Positions 63,661 to 64,000 of a stretch of 64,000 nucleotides of DNA are shown in pieces. The notes under the pieces were generated by a model. That model saw only the letters and a program-made list of their open reading frames with translations, made no database searches and was not told the DNA's origin. This stretch comes from the human T2T-CHM13v2.0 reference genome, Homo sapiens. Positions within the stretch are counted from its first letter, which is position 1, and every line of letters begins with the position of its first letter. Made by a program: the position numbers and the translations under genes. The stretch spans positions 19,392,001 to 19,456,000 of the forward strand of contig CP086569.2 of assembly GCA_009914755.4 (NCBI GenBank). The letters run 5' to 3'.

Positions 63661-64000
63661 GAAGAAGCAACCGGAGTTAGGAAAAAATAATAAGTGACTT
63701 CTCAAGTAGTCTGGCATAAATCAAATGAGGGTATAAATTTGAGTGGCACAAAGGGAATAAATGGACACATACACACAGACAAACACACACACACAGACAA
63801 AATTTAGAGAAGAGTTAACACATACTATACACTTCAGTATTTTCTCAATTACATTTCCCCAGTTATTTTAAACTTGGATTTTAGTTGGCAAAGATTGTCT
63901 TCATTGCAATTCATCCCTAGTGAACTCAGTGACCACGATCACAACTGTTTGTGTCATCACTTGAATAATAAAGTTTACATCATATTATGCTCATGGATTG

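Overview
This window reads as primate, almost certainly human, nuclear DNA rather than a prokaryotic accessory region. No operon, CRISPR array, RNA gene or other candidate for an undescribed compact biological system is visible. Interspersed repeats dominate: roughly 25 Alu copies or fragments (three young ones with perfect target-site duplications), a near full-length pseudogenised L1 with 5'UTR at about 35.2-41.7 kb, a young L1 3' end carrying a twin-priming inversion at about 53.9-54.7 kb, several old L1 3'-end fragments, many microsatellites and an LTR-like element. The only convincing host gene is a two-exon plus-strand CDS at 61275-62958 that splices into an intact 401-aa heat-shock-factor family protein. 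Its N-terminus (MAHVSSETQDVS...) and HSF-type DNA-binding domain (FPRKLW...FVRQLNLYGFSKI) match what I recall of HSFY1/HSFY2. If that is correct, the window lies in the Yq11 AZFb palindrome P4, which would fit the repeat-rich, gene-poor context. The most unusual structure is a roughly 2.86-kb block at 48.28-51.14 kb of highly degenerate TTAGGG-like hexamers. It is almost free of C on the plus strand and contains a very recent 92-bp internal tandem duplication. Other structures worth a second look are a 276-bp tandem duplication with an internal minisatellite expansion at about 16.1-16.6 kb, and a 36-bp inverted-repeat pair flanking a 145-bp (TA)-rich spacer at about 47.58-47.79 kb. A GC-richer block with internal 110-bp degenerate repeats at about 43.9-44.6 kb is also unexplained. 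Every other ORF in the six-frame track is explained by simple repeats, L1 ORF remnants or chance. Coordinates for repeat boundaries are approximate (about +/-10 bp) because they were read by eye.
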